Shown one piece after another: positions 39,633-58,516 of a stretch of DNA of 64,000 nucleotides. Below the pieces are notes generated by a model that saw only the letters and a program-made list of their open reading frames with translations, did no database searches and was not told the DNA's origin. This stretch comes from the human T2T-CHM13v2.0 reference genome, Homo sapiens: NCBI RefSeq assembly GCF_009914755.1, contig NC_060926.1, one strand, 5' to 3'. Within the stretch, counting starts at the first letter, position 1. Every line of letters begins with the position of its first letter. Made by a program: the position numbers and the translations under genes.

Positions 39633-41659
39633 AAAATGCTCAAACAAGTATGTAAACTATGTAGAAGTGCTGATTAAATGTAGAGAATTTTAAATGTCTA
39701 AAACTGCTCCTTTCAGAAATCCACTCAAGTCAGAGGTAAAAAAATAAAGGCATAAACCTACCAAAAAAAAAAAAAAAGGAAACAGCAGAAAAAACAAGAT
39801 CAAAGGAGAAAAGTCAACAAATTCCTGGAAGATGGAAACTAGAGCAAAGAATAAGGAGAGGTGAGAAATTTGATTAGCAAGTTCTTATAATGGAGATAAA
39901 ATGCAGAAGCAAGTTAAATCACACCTCAAGAGGGAGGAAAGGAGGAAGGGATCAGAAATTGAAGGCAATGGCACAGAAAGGAAGGCTTGAGGCTGAAAAC
40001 AAGACAATAATTTAATCATGGCAGCCTGCCAGATATATAAAACCTCCTACCTCCACCCTGCACTAATCTCCAAAAGACTTCCACTCTCCAGCTGAAGGTC
40101 ATGTGCTTGATGAATTATTTGCAGGAATCATCTGAAGCCTAGGATGAGGATATCTTTCTCCAGAGAAGATCTGTGTTAGCTTCTGCTAAGTACATTGGGG
40201 CACTACCAACCTAGGACCACATTAATCCAGGTCCAAGGATTGAGATGCCTTAGATAAAGCATATAACATAAACAGGGCTGCAAATCCTGGGGAGGGGTGA
40301 CTCATTTCCAGTTCACCCCTACCCCGAAGTTAGACAGTGTCTATGTAAAGAGGGCTGGGGAGAAATTATGCAGACTTCCTTCCCATGCCCTACTTTGAGA
40401 AGGCTTTACTCTAGGTTTTTGACTACTGACACCCTTGTTCCACAAGGCCACCAGAATTCAGCTTAGTTTTACAAATGTTACTTCTGCTTCAGTACACATG
40501 CCTGGGTGAAAAGTGGCTTCCAAAGCTGGGCTTATGTCTCTGATTTCCCAGGTTCTCCTTGGCGTCAGCCTAGAAATACTTCACTATCTTTTTAGTTCTT
40601 CTTTAAAGAAGATTATTTTATAGAGATATATATATATCTCCAGCTTTTTAAGTTGTTCTTTGGAAATAAGGAGGTCTGAATTACCTACCAATACTGGAAG
40701 CAAAAATCTGTAAGTTCTTTTGTTCCTATAATTTCAAAAATTAGGTTATTCTAAGGAAATTTTATAGGACGCTAAAAAAATTAGAATCATCACTGACAGA
40801 ATAACTTTTAGAGATTTATTTCAATGAGACAGACTAGTATACAACACAATGAATTTATCTATATGAAACATCATTATGATCTGTAGGATTTCTTATGTAA
40901 TAAAATATAAGAATACGTATGAAGTATGCCTCAGTACACAGAGGCTGAGAAAACAAAGTCACAAATAAACACCTTCTCAAGTTCTTAATAATACACAAGT
41001 AGTTGAATACTAAACAATCTGGATTATTAGGAGAGAACTCAAACAAAATCACTATAAAACATTATACAATTCCAGAAAATGGAATCCTTACAATTAACCT
41101 TGTTTTGAAGAACTAAATGATGAAGGCACAATATTAAAAATATAAATATTTCATAGGAAGCCTTCTGAAAAACATAATCCTTAAATAAGTCAGGATTTAG
41201 TATTTGAGAAGCAAAAAAGTAAAAACAAATACCAAAAAATATTACTACAATATTAAATCATTAATAAAATATGGAAGTTATTATGAAGGTAAAATGAAAA
41301 GTCAAGTAAGAAAAGAATCACATAGGAGATTACTAGAAAGCTAACATCAAAAGTTTTCAAGAAAAAATGTTTTAACATCCTTAACCATCTTGGTTAAGGA
41401 TATTTAAAAAGTCAACATTGTTTACAGTCGTTCCGCATTCCCCTAACTTTAAATTTTAATATCTGAGCGAGAATACAGCCACTCCAAAATATAAGAGAGA
41501 AATGTTAAAACATAAGCACCTTCCATTTCTTCTCAAGAATGAGAATATATTTGATAACATTCATACTTACAGACAAGGCTAAAATAGTTAAGTTTATAAA
41601 ATAATTGTTAAAAGACTAGGATAAAATCTGTACTCAAAAAAAGACCCTAGAATAATGGA

Positions 41660-42520
41660 CAATACCTAACAAGATAAACTCTACTAAGAAAAACTACAAA
41701 GCATACATTCAGGTCTAAAAATTTCACAAAATATAAGATGTGGAAAGCCATGGTTTAAGGTTAGCATAAGTGAAAAAAAGAGACAATTCATCTGATTGCA
41801 AGTTGATTGTGAAAACAGTATGGCATAGCTACCAAATGTGTTCATGCTATCTTAAACTGTGTCAGTAAGTACAGTATCCAGAATAGATAAATGTACTCTC
41901 ACTCATCACACCTTATCTGAAACTCATTCTTGGTTCAGGGCACTATTCTCTAAGAGTGACAACAAAAAAAACAGAGTTTGTACAGAGGAAGGAGTGAGAA
42001 AGATGGCAAAGAGACTGAATATGAATATATTCCACACGAGGAAGAGAAAGATGATACATGAAGGGAAGCAGTTTTTAAATACGTGAAGAGTGATCTCGTC
42101 AAAGGCAATCCCTGCCTCTTGATGTAAGAATAAGGACCAATAAAAAATTACTACTTAGATACTAAATCAACATAAACTAGAGATGTACAGTAATTGATAA
42201 GATGGCCTCATTTTCAAAAAGACTAGCTAATACATCTAGAAAAATGCAACATGTGCTCCTTCATCAGATAGGAGTAGGTTAGATGACTACTGAGATCCCT
42301 CTCAGCTCTACAGGCAGTGTAGCATGGTACTAGCATAATCTGTGGTGCTAGACAGACTGAGTTCAAATTTCAGTTTCACCACTGACTAAAATGTGAGCGT
42401 GCGTAAGTTATTTAATCCTTCTTGGCCTCACTTTCCTAATTTGTAAAATAAGGAAAACACCTCTTTTAAAGATGTAAAGGAGTTAATAAGATAAGTGAAG
42501 ATCTTAGAAAAGTCCTTGAA
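41660..42520 (+). mobile_element. L3/CR1 3' fragment followed by MIR
   Basis: CR1-like 3' end ggttagatgactactgagatccctctcagctct; MIR core follows. Confidence 0.55.
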
Positions 42521-42543
42521 TAAAACAGAGTTAAGAAAGCTGG

Positions 42544-42838
42544 GGCCAGGCACAGTGGCTCGTGCCTGTAATCCCAGCACTTTAAGAGGCTGAGGTGGGT
42601 GGACCATTTGAGCCCAGGAGTTAGAGACCAGCTTGGGCAATATGGCGAAACCCTGTCTCTACAAAAAATTAGCCGTACTTGCTGGCACATGCCTGTAGTC
42701 CCAGCTACTCAGGAGGCTGAGGTGACAGAATCGCCTGAGCCCAGGGGGGCCAAGCTGGCAGTGAGTCATGATCACACCACTGCACTCCAGCCTGGGTGAC
42801 ACAGCAAGACTCTGTCTCCAACAAATAAACAAACAAAG
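42544..42838 (+). mobile_element. AluJ
   Basis: Alu consensus. Confidence 0.88.
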
Positions 42839-43845
42839 CTAGCTATTTTTATTTTTGCATCCAACAAATATTTACTAAGTGCCTAATATGTGTTAGGTCT
42901 GCAGCAAGGTTTTAACAGAGTTTAGAACTGCATTTATACTCTAGTGAGAGTGACATGAACAAATACACTGCATGAGAGGTCACAATTAAGATACACATAC
43001 AGCTGAATGAAGAGAATAAAAAGTGATGTTTGCTATTTTAGAAAGCTTGGTCAGGAAGGACATTCTGATACGGTGACATATGAAAAATACATGAATGTCA
43101 CGAACAGGCAAGTTATGACCATGTCTTAGTGAAGGGTAGTTTGAAATGACACAACAGCAATCAGGCCAGCCATGCTAGAAAAGTGAAGGAGGAAGGAAAA
43201 GCAGAAGGCCAGATCCTTGCAGTATTAAGGAACTGTTCATATAAATGAATTCAGAGAGACTCAAAATAGGCTAATTTTTATTACCATACCATGATACTGT
43301 ATCCATCAAATTAAATAACAAAAAAGCAAAAAATAATACAGATAATTCTAGAAGTGCCTAGTTTATTCAGTCTGAAATAAAAAATAGCTGGCTAAAGTAA
43401 AATTTCAGAGCCATAATTCTTCTATTATCTCATACTGAAGGAACACAAGAAAAAAAATTGGAGATGAGAAATTTCTTATTTGAGAACAGTAGGATAGAAA
43501 AAAATTATGTATTTACAGCAGAATTAGTCTAATAAATAAGAATGATACTGCTTGTAAAGAACCAAGACCAGCATTTCAATGTTTGTATATTTACAACCAT
43601 ATAAAGTTTATAAACTTTATATTTTAAGCCATCTAAAAGTTGACTTTTATACAATAATTGCAGAAAACTTTAAAAATAACAATGAGAGGATAATGATACA
43701 ATGAATACTAAAATAACAGACATTATGCTGAGTACCTAAAAGCTTGACATGCATGATCTCATAAAATTCTCTCAAAGTACAAGCTTAAACATTTGTCCGA
43801 AATCAAAGCTTGTAAGTGACAGGTCTGAAATTCAGGAAAGTCTAA

Positions 43846-44169
<324 letters not shown>

Positions 44170-44388
44170 TAACCAATGGGTAATATTGCCTCTCCTTAAA
44201 TCTTTGATTATACTAAGCTTTTAGTCACACTGACTCTTGCTATTTATTCACTCAGCAAAATACTATTAAGTTTGTGGAAATTAACTTGTTCTATATATTT
44301 GCTCAATTTTCAGTAAATCAGATTAACCACATTTAGAACTCTATGTGCTACATCTGAACTGTAAGCTACTTACCACTACCGTCTATCA

Positions 44389-44690
<302 letters not shown>

Positions 44691-45429
44691 ACTAAAATAT
44701 CAAAACTCAAGTAACCACCAAAAAGCTTTTACGAAGAAAATGTTTATTTTAAAACATGATTTCTCTATTCTGCTTGTAAGTTCAAAAGTTTTGGTGGCCC
44801 AAGTTCAAATTCTTTCAAAAACTACATAGTTATTATATATACAGATTCGTTTAATATAAATCACCGTAGCTGTAGGATATTTCTAAAAGGCTAATAAAAA
44901 GGTATTTAAAATGTTGTTGCTTCAGTTCCTTTACATCTTTACTGAAACATTAAGCATTCTGAAGGCATTTTTCATTCAACTTAGAGGGCATAAGATAATT
45001 TAAAAGATTACCTAAGAAAAAGCAATAAGCCCAGTAATTTTTGTATTATAATCTATGGAAAGCAAATACATTCAAACCGCAAGTGTGAACAAATTGTTAA
45101 CTTTGGCTGGAATTTTGAAGCTGGTATTTCAAAGAAAACATCATGATTCAATACTATGAAGGCCTGACCACAAGCCAAAGACTCTGAGGTTCTGTCCCCT
45201 TTACCAAGTCAATTCACCTATTTTCGCTTTCCATTTTCTCACCTACAAAATAGAGAAAACTAAACTAAGATGCCATAAAAAGGCCTTGCTAGCTATTTAA
45301 TTTTCATTTTCATATTAGTACTTTCATGTTGGATTAAAATAATTAACATTGTAGGCTTGTTGCTCATATCCCTGAAATGTTTTTCAGGAATTAATGTTTA
45401 AAAGCTAAAATTAATAAAGACTATATTAC

Positions 45430-45527
45430 CTTAAGTTCAGCAACTTGTGATGAAATATGCCACATAAGGCTTTCACTTAGAAACTTCATACCATATGGGC
45501 CTAGTAGTTCTGATAATGACCTCATTT
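45430..45527 (-). CDS. NCKAP1: NCKAP1 coding exon 8/16 ([10 protein letters not shown]...QVAELK)
   Basis: AG/GT bounded, 98 nt. Confidence 0.97.
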
Positions 45528-45817
45528 CTGAAAGAAAACATACTTAATTTTATACTTCCGACAGAGCAAATACTTTAAGAAAATGAACATTAACACAATA
45601 CAACATCTCATTATAAAAACTAATGTAAAATCCTGATAAAAGTCTCTAGAGTGAAAGAGAGAATACAAAATGCAAAAGTAATTCTAAGATACAATATGCA
45701 GTTACGCATATAATTGAATGAAATAGTCACAACAGAATCAAAAGTCTAAAGAATCAAGACACTAGCAAAAGAATTAAGTGTTCTTCATTCTCTAAACTGT
45801 GGTATAGTACTATTCAC

Positions 45818-45948
45818 CTGATATGTCAGAATATTCCTCTGCATTGAATGTTAATTCATTTTCTGTAGGTAAGTTCACAAACGCTTTCATTGCAGGAAAA
45901 TATGCTATATGGCCATTGCTGACTTGTCGTAACAAAGTTTCCAAATAC
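45818..45948 (-). CDS. NCKAP1: NCKAP1 coding exon 7/16 ([10 protein letters not shown]...EEYSDIS)
   Basis: AG/GT bounded, 131 nt. Confidence 0.97.
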
Positions 45949-46137
45949 CTAAGGAGAAACGTAAACTTATAACCGGAAGAAACTGCTTAATTCAGAATGT
46001 ATCATGATATACATTCCTGCATATAATTTTAAGTTGACTGATAATATGAATAAGTACTTATTCACAAAAAAATTAATTTTCCTAAGTACTTCATTACAAA
46101 TTTTCCGCTACTACAAATTTCTAAATGCATTCCTTAC

Positions 46138-46356
46138 CAATTTGTGTATAGACTTGTAATGGTTGGCTCTCCATGACTGTCTAAATGTTGTGTTTGTTGA
46201 AGAAGCACATTATTAAATACTCTTGTAATATCAATCTGCACATAGTTTTCTATTGACTGGAGTACGGTCATGTATGCTCTTACACTTGTTAGAAGTTCTG
46301 AAGGTTTTGCAATTTCCTGTGTGGCTTGATTATACATAGTCATCCCAACAATTGAC
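46138..46356 (-). CDS. NCKAP1: NCKAP1 coding exon 6/16 ([10 protein letters not shown]...TSLYTN)
   Basis: AG/GT bounded, 219 nt. Confidence 0.97.
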
Positions 46357-46482
46357 CTGGGAAGAAGGGATAGAAGAATAAGAAAAGCCTCTGACTTTTC
46401 CATTCATGTAAAATAAACCACTCAACCTACTGTTATCTAATATTAAACAAGCAATAAAATTAACTTTAAAAATAATTTATTA

Positions 46483-46843
<361 letters not shown>

Positions 46844-47607
46844 TTAAAAACTACAACGAAATGTGAATAAAATGATTAAAAACATTCTAAGTATACCAGT
46901 AACAAAAGTGATTTAAGTATAAAGAGGGTTTTACAAATTGCTTTAACATGGTAAGTTGTTTGTAGCAAGGACAGTGAACTATTTAGTCTACAGCTTGAAT
47001 TTATTTGACACTGTTAGGTGCCAGTAGTTTTTGAGGCTTTATATAAATTACCTACAATCCTCACATTTAATAAACACCTACAATGTACTTATCACTATAT
47101 CTCCCAGAGGAAAAAAATAAAGCTCAGGACTCACATAAATTGATAAGGTTTTGTTGGGAAGTGGTTATGACTAGGATTTGACCGCAGATCTGCCTGACTT
47201 AGTGCTGCCTCTAAACAAACTGTATGACAGTCAAACAAAATAAGGCAACAAACAACTTTATTTTCTTTAATCACTCATAGCATATAAAACACAGTTCTGT
47301 TTATATCTCAAGAAACTGTATACGACTAAAAAGGAAACACAAATTTTGAAAATACTTCCCTAAATGATCTTATCCTACACTGACCACCCCTATTTCACTT
47401 TCTTTAAAACTCCCTGAGCATTAGATCTGTAAAGATCTTAGACTTGTATTTGTAAGGATGAATCCTTAAAAGACAACCGACAAATCCCATCACTAGAAAC
47501 AGGCCAAGAAGAGCCAACGCAAGATGAAAACTGCTATCCTAGTGTATAATCCCTAAGTCCTAAGACTGTGCTCAGTTGATTGACAAAAACCAACCCACTA
47601 ATATTCA

Positions 47608-47911
<304 letters not shown>

Positions 47912-49086
47912 TTAAAAAAAAAACTGCTTCTCTGTGGATTAACAAAGCAGACTGTTTACAAGGAAAACAAGGGAGCTGTACACTGAACTCTCCCTTCCAC
48001 CCACCAATCTCCCACCTCTAACCCACTTGAGAATAATAAACACCACAAGGCACAATGCCCCTTTGGTCTAAGTTCTAGGGCATTCTGGGTTTTACTGTCA
48101 GGATGCCTGACTTACTAAGGAGAACAAAAGACAGTTCATCACCAGACTCTTCTCAAGTCAACTGATAATTTAACACTCAACTTAGTGCCACTTTATATAC
48201 TGTCATATTCTGTTCTCTAATTCTTTTAGTCATCTCACCAGCTACAGTTCTATCTTTATCTCATTATTACCTAGAGTACTTAACACATTGTTAAGCATAT
48301 AGTGCAAATACAAACACCACCTGTTAATGACTACAGAAACTTTGAAAACCTTTTGGCAAAATTTTGTTTTATAAATTGCTTCAAGGCTTTGAAGAAAAAA
48401 ATTGTCAAATAAATAAAAATTTTCATGAATAAATATTAATAAATAAGGATGTAACTTCAGAAAAAGGTTAAAACAATATATATAAAGTTGAAAGGTTTCT
48501 GACTTATCAATGCACTATTTCATATACATACATAAAATATATATTCATATATAACAGGAAATTCTAATTAGAATTGAGAATTCAAGAATCTAGAATTCTA
48601 TTGGCTTATTTAACAGCAACATGTGAATTCAGAAAACATGTAAGGGTTCATCTAGTCCTCAGGTCTTCAAACATTTTACTGTGACCTACTGCATGACACG
48701 CATCTTAACACTGCAAGTCAATACACATGCATACATGTAACTGAAACATTTCACGAAGCAATATATATATTTAATGCACACAGTGTACTGGGTTTTTTTT
48801 CCTATTTTTTCTTCCTCTTGTCCTTTCTTTCCCTCCCACTTTTCTCTAAACTTTGACTACAACCTAATAAACTGATTTCATGAACCTACTGGGTTGCCAC
48901 CTGCAAGATGAAATACATTGATTTGCTCCAATATTCTCACTTTGTATATAAGGAAGCTATGACTCAGAGATATTAACTGGTTTGCCTGGTGTTACTAGTT
49001 AATACTAATAGGTATGAGAAAAGAATCTGGGTATCTTCAGTAATTTTCAGTTCACTATTCTTTGCATTTCCCAGTTCATTATTCTT

Positions 49087-49366
49087 GAGACAGAGTCTTG
49101 TTCTGTCACCCAGGCTGGAGTGCAGTGGCATGATCTTGGCTCACTGCAAGTGTGTCTCCCGGGTTCACGCCATTATCTTGCCTCAGCCTCCCGAGTAGCT
49201 GGGACTACAGGTGCCCACCACCACGCCCAGCTAATTTTTTGTATTTTTAGTAGAGACGGGGTTTCACTGTGTTAGCCAGGATGGTCTCGATCTCCTGACC
49301 TCGTGATCTGCCCACCTCGGCCTCCCAAAGTGCTGGGATTATAGGCGTGAGCCACCACGCCCGGCC
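49087..49366 (-). mobile_element. AluY without a poly-A tail
   Basis: 15-bp TSD c(a/g)gttcattattctt directly abuts the Alu body. Confidence 0.9.
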
Positions 49367-49488
49367 CGGTTCATTATTCTTAACACTAATCCAGTTCTAC
49401 TAATGCTTTTCCTTATAAAACACTGTATAATTAAATAACAAACTCATTACTGAGTCAACAAACAAAAACAGTCAATATTCTTTCTTAC

Positions 49489-49620
49489 TTGGTAAAGCGT
49501 ATTTCCAGATGAGAAGTCAAATATTCTCGTGGGGTAAAGGTATGTTCCCATACCACCATGTTTGGTACATAATTTATAGAGAAGCATAACTCAGAAAGTG
49601 CAGTGTGCAATTTATCAAGG
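49489..49620 (-). CDS. NCKAP1: NCKAP1 coding exon 5/16 ([10 protein letters not shown]...LEIRFT)
   Basis: AG/GT bounded, 132 nt. Confidence 0.97.
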
Positions 49621-50483
49621 CTGAAAAAAATTAATAAACAGTTAAAATGTTCACATGTCATCACAGGCAATACAAAATTAATTTTATAAATATATCAACC
49701 TTATTTGGAGATAATGCTTAGAGAATTCGACTTTTTATTCTCCTAAACTGAGAAAGTTCAAAATCTTTAAGGTTATAACTAACACATAAGAGCAATATTC
49801 TAAAGATGGCGTCATTTGTTTCTACCTTTAGGTAGTAATGAATATACTGACTTAATATACAAAGGTAGAGCTTATTCTGCACTCATAAAGATAATCACGC
49901 CCAATTCCTGAAGTACTTTCTGTTATGAGAGAAGGAAAGTTGTCTATAAAAGGGCAATGGCTTGCTCAATTTAGCAAGAAAGTAGGAACTATACTTTAAA
50001 CAAAAAATATTTACCGAATTATTACCCACCTACACCTCCCCTCCAAACAATGAAGCAAGCAAAGATCCCTGAATGCTACCTGGTCTGTTATTTCTGTTTT
50101 ATAATAATGACATTGGGTATGTTCTAATATATCAAAAACATGCCAAAATAAAGTCTCCACTATCTAACTTTAAATAAATTAAAAATTACAGATTGCTTAT
50201 AATGTAACACACAAAATTTTTTAAACATATAATTGGCCTTCAGTACTTAGTATAAAAAGACAAATATCAACTATTACATATATTTTCTTCTAAAGGCCAA
50301 AATCTGTATTTTGAGATGAAATAAGCAACTAACAGGTTAATTAAGCTCAGAAATATTTTTTAAAATGGCTGGAAAATGAAGAATATACAATTATTAGCAT
50401 TTCCTCAGTACTAATGTCAATAGAAAAAAATGAAATAAATATTTTACCTGGAGCAAAAAGGTATAATATAAGTGGATACTTAC

Positions 50484-50623
50484 TTGGTCACAACCAGCCT
50501 GTTTTTCCTCATGCTCTCAACACCTGGTTTCTCCCTTTCAGGTTCCCCTTTCTTACCAGTCTGCTTTTTTGATTTCTTATTCACTGCTTGACTGATAGTT
50601 TTGGCACAATGCTTGGGTAGCAA
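50484..50623 (-). CDS. NCKAP1: NCKAP1 coding exon 4/16 ([10 protein letters not shown]...KNRLVVT)
   Basis: AG/GT bounded, 140 nt, in frame. Confidence 0.97.
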
Positions 50624-51144
50624 CTAAATTTAGAAAAGAATGAAATCTTACATTACACCAATTACTCTGAAAGCATACTAACTATTCAAGCAAACAGTAG
50701 CTGAATCCAGGCTGTGTTGCAAATATCACAACAATATTAAAAGACAGAAATATAAGTGAGATACAGAGCTTACTTAGCTAGCTTGGGTAATGCACATAGC
50801 TTGGTGAAAACAGAAACGGGTAGATCTTGGGTAAATCTTGTGTGAAGAAACACGTCATAGAGTAAATTCATAGACGCTTATTTAAATTACTATTAAAAAG
50901 ACAAGTAAAAACATACCAGGCAAGCAAGGAATGAAAAAGAATATTTCACTGGAAGGATTAAATGGCCTTTGGAAAAAAACTGTGTAAAGATATGATGGTT
51001 CAGAGCTGTAGTTAGAACTACTATGTGGTGGAGCATAACGTGTAAGGTAAAGTACAGAGGTTTCAACTATTAGGAAGGGCCTTGAATGCCAAGCTAGAGG
51101 TTGGATTGTAAACTGCAGGCAAAAAGACAGCGACAATTTTTTAA

Positions 51145-51471
<327 letters not shown>

Positions 51472-51864
51472 TGAAGAGGTAATTTTCTAAGGATAACTCT
51501 GATATTGGCAGAAGAAAACACTGAAAAAGGAAAATTGTAACAGAGCTGCTAGAAATAGTTCAGACAAGGCATGAAAAAGGGATATGAAATAGGCAAGTGT
51601 AATAAAAAAATTTTAATGGGCAGATCTGAGACAGACTTCTGAGATAAAATTGAAAGGATTCAGTAACTTAGATGTGTGAGAGAAGCAGGAATCAAGTATG
51701 ACACAGAGGTTTCTACCTAACACATTGTTAAGACCAATAATTAAAACAAAAAAACCACACAGGTACAAATCAGAAATAATTGATTTCACTTGACAGGTAA
51801 CAAAGCAGGCAAATGAGAAATAAGAAATAACATTTTAGGTAGAAGGAGAGCTTCACTGTACATT

Positions 51865-52132
51865 ACAGTAGCCACATGTGAAATGTGCCCAGTCCAAATT
51901 CAGCTGTGTTATAAGATAAACACCAGATTTCAAAGATTTAGTATAATAAAAACTATACAATATTTCATTCATATGATTACATGCTGACATAATAACATTT
52001 TGGGGTATATAGGGTTGAATCATTGTTTTTAAAATTAGCTTTACCTGTTTCTTTCTAAGTTTTGTGTATGGCTACTACAAAATTTTAAATTACATATGTG
52101 GTTTACATAGTATCTCCATTGGACAGAGCTGG
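51865..52132. mobile_element. MER33-like hAT DNA transposon
   Basis: acaccagatttcaaagatttagta...aaaattttaaattacatatgtgg...cattggacagagctg. Confidence 0.75.
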
Positions 52133-52354
52133 GCCAAGGAAAGTTATTTAGTCATTATACCTAGATAGTAACTAAAGCCATGGGATTGGTATTTGGGGAA
52201 AAAAATGCATAAGAAATTACATTGCATTTCTATTGTGACAAAGGAGTTCCTTCCTAAAATGAAAATTTCTACGGACATTTGCAACTTCAACAATATTAAA
52301 GAGACCAGAGTGTTGAATCTCTATAACACTCTTCACAAGAGACAGAGCTACTAG

Positions 52355-54807
<2,453 letters not shown>

Positions 54808-55185
54808 AAGGACTCCCACTAGCCAATGACGGGGCAATCTGAGCTTCAATCTGAATTATAAGTACAGTGGATTGAAAATCACCAAATATGCTTAATTCCA
54901 GTTCTTTTGCAACTTTCAAGAAATAGCAGAATCAGGTGCTAACACTACACACATGTAAAAACTACACGTGACTCCTGATTAAAGAACACAAACAGTACGT
55001 ACAGTCTTGCCAGAAAGTTTACATCTAAGAAATTATACCTGTTAATGGAGTTTCACAGCAGAGGTTTGAGGTTTACTAATAGTGTGGGAACTAAAGAATG
55101 GAAAGTAAAACAACAACTGGCTAAAAGCACATTTTCTTGCCTTCACACAAAATTTCCTATCTGTTGGAAACACTTAAATCATTAC

Positions 55186-55305
55186 CTGGTCACTAAGGGT
55201 ACACTGTTCTGTGCAAATATCAGTGATGAGATTTCGAGCTTGTTTGGCCATTTCATCTAGGAACATATTACATAAGGAAAGACTGCGATCTCCAATATGA
55301 TGTCG
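55186..55305 (-). CDS. NCKAP1: NCKAP1 coding exon 3/16 ([10 protein letters not shown]...CTLSDQ)
   Basis: cacag acceptor, CAG|gtaat donor, 120 nt. Confidence 0.97.
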
Positions 55306-57702
55306 CTGTGAAGGCAAAATAATAATAATAATACAAGTTATAAAGAAAGTACGTTGAATTAAAAAGACTTCTAAATAGACATGGAAAATTAGGCTAAAGG
55401 TACATTCCGCAATAGTGAGGGTGGGAGATGTTAAAAATTGCTTTTGCCTCTTGTAACAACTAACTCACCATACTGTATTTGAACATAAATGACAAAGTAT
55501 TTGGTGATTGTGAAAGCAATGTATAACTGGGAGGAGTCTTGAAAAATCAGTATTTTGCTTAACATGAAAAACTATGTATTTAATTTTCAAATTCCACAAA
55601 GTCCTATATCCAGTTCTTAAATGTTAAAATATTAAACATATAATGTGAAAGCAAACAGATTTAGAGTACTGTTTCCAATCTTATTTCATTTAAAATCTGT
55701 GTCTCTATAAATGTATAAATTGTGGCATAACTTTGTATAAACAGGAAAGAAGAGCTCAAATGTTTAAATAAAATGGTGAGAAATCAATTTGGTAATAGAA
55801 AGTCCAAGGCATTCAAATCTCTAAAATCAAACCCTATTGCTCCCAGGAAGAAAAAAAAAAAAAACGCTGATCATGCATCCATCTCTACAGGATTCTCTTT
55901 TTAGTTTTAGTGGGCTGCAATCGTTTGATTGTTTTTTTCTTATCTATGGTAACTGGAATGTTGAGTATAAAACACTGTAAATTTTTGCACTACACATTTC
56001 TAATACTTTACAAAGAAATAAAATTTTTAACAGTTTTCCTGCCCTGACCTTCCATAATCATATATGTAGAGCTTACATACAGTATTTATATGATGAAATA
56101 AGTGTAAAATACATAAAATATAAAAATACTTGAGCATAGAAAATAACTTTTCCTAGATCTATTATATCTAACGTATTTTATTTAAAATGCCCTGTAAAAC
56201 TTTAATAGAAAGTCAAATCAAAAAAAAGATTTACAACCTGATATAATTAAATATTGGTTCACCTTAGGAAAGATTTCAATTAATAAACAGTGTTTTGTTT
56301 AATCAAATTCTGACTTCTGAAAGACATAAATCTTCTGCTATTAATTCTTCCTGAAAAAAGAATACTGAATTAAGACTGCTCAAATTTGTTCTTTACAGAT
56401 ACTAACTTACTTAAAATACAAATCTGATTTCACTACTCCGTTTCAACAGCTCAGAAATGCTGAGATGGAGAAAAACTAAGGTTTAACATGTCATACAAAT
56501 CTCTCTATTATCTGACCTCTGCCTTTGGCTACGGTGCCAAGAATAAAGTTTAGGAGAACAATGGCAGAAGCAAAGAGACCACTTAGGTAATCCAGGCAAA
56601 GATGAACTCCATTTAGAGTACATATGAAGAGTATCGTAAATCTGAACTGTAATAATGACAATAGCAATGGAAAGTAGAGGATGGATTCAAGACATGACAT
56701 ATAAATAAAATTAGAAGGATTTTATGGGTAATTTAATGAAAAGAAATTTGATGGTGAGCAAACAGTTAATAATACATCTCAGGTGTCAAGTTTGGGAGAA
56801 AAAAATCTATTAAATCTAAAAAATTCATAAATCTATTAAAATTCGTGGTATTAATATCCTCATAGGTAGAAATTCTGAAAGTATTCCCTAATAAACTTCC
56901 TGTAAGCTAACTTCTGTCTCAAAGTTGGCTTCCCCTGGAATACTGGCATACAATCTGCAACAGATGTTGTCTAATGCTTAAAGAAACTGACCATGTTCCT
57001 GCTATCTCTAAGTTTCTTTTCTACAAGTTCTGCAATTTTAAGTAAAGGGACTAAACACTAAGTTAAATTATAATAAAGAAATACATTATTTAATCTTTAT
57101 ATTTTTATCACATAGAAAATATTTCTTCTTTAAAGATTAGAAGAAACACTGAGTACATTTTTCACAGATACTTGGCATCAACAAAACTACCAAGCAGTTC
57201 AATTACTCTGCAACTGTGTGTGTGTATGCACATGCATGTATGTATCCCACAAGTATCACAAAATCTGGATTTTGCTTAATATATTTATTAACAATTTAGT
57301 AATAATAAGTTAGTGAATCTCTCTTTGACTTGTTTATGCTTATTCAGTAATCCATAAATTTAATTTTCGAGTCCTTTCCATGACAGTTTAAGAGGAAAAT
57401 TAAGTATACAAAATCAATTACTATATAAATCTTTTCCACAGATATTAATACCTGACCCACCATTTATCTTAAAAAAGGTAATTCCAAGTGACTTTATGGT
57501 ATGTTCTTATTATACTTATGTTTATTTATCTATATATATATTAAACCTATGTATCTGTTCAAGCACTTTTCTGATTCTGCATAGAGATGTATTCGATGGG
57601 AAGCTAAGTTAGCTAATTATGACTGTAAATATTTGGTTGGCTACAGGTTTGATCTAGTTTACTTTGCATACCATATAACTCACAGTAGTACACTATAATT
57701 AC

Positions 57703-57835
57703 CTCTTCTGGACATAGTTCATGCGTGCAACTCATAAAATGAGTGCAAAGTAGTGGAAATGCAATTGAGTATCTTGATTGAGAGGGTAACTCCAAACACT
57801 GTTGAAACATCTTCTCAAAAGCACGACTATAAAAA
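57703..57835 (-). CDS. NCKAP1: NCKAP1 coding exon 2/16 ([10 protein letters not shown]...ELCPEE)
   Basis: AG/GT bounded, 133 nt, in frame. Confidence 0.97.
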
Positions 57836-58134
57836 CTATATAAACAAAAATCAGAATCACAATTTTTACATTTAAAGTAAGTTTTCTGATATAGTACCTT
57901 ACAGTTAATTTGATTCAAGTGAATGAATGATAACTGGTAGCACTGATTTAAGAAGAGAATATTTTTCCCCCAAAGTATCTTTTACACACCAATAATTATC
58001 CCAGAGTAATAAAAATATTATTTATATAACAATAACAACATTTTAAAAAATAATAAACCATAATCTATGGCCTCTTACATAATCAAATTTCATCAAAGCT
58101 AAGTCACTATAAATAGGAAAAAATACCATTATTA

Positions 58135-58516
<382 letters not shown>

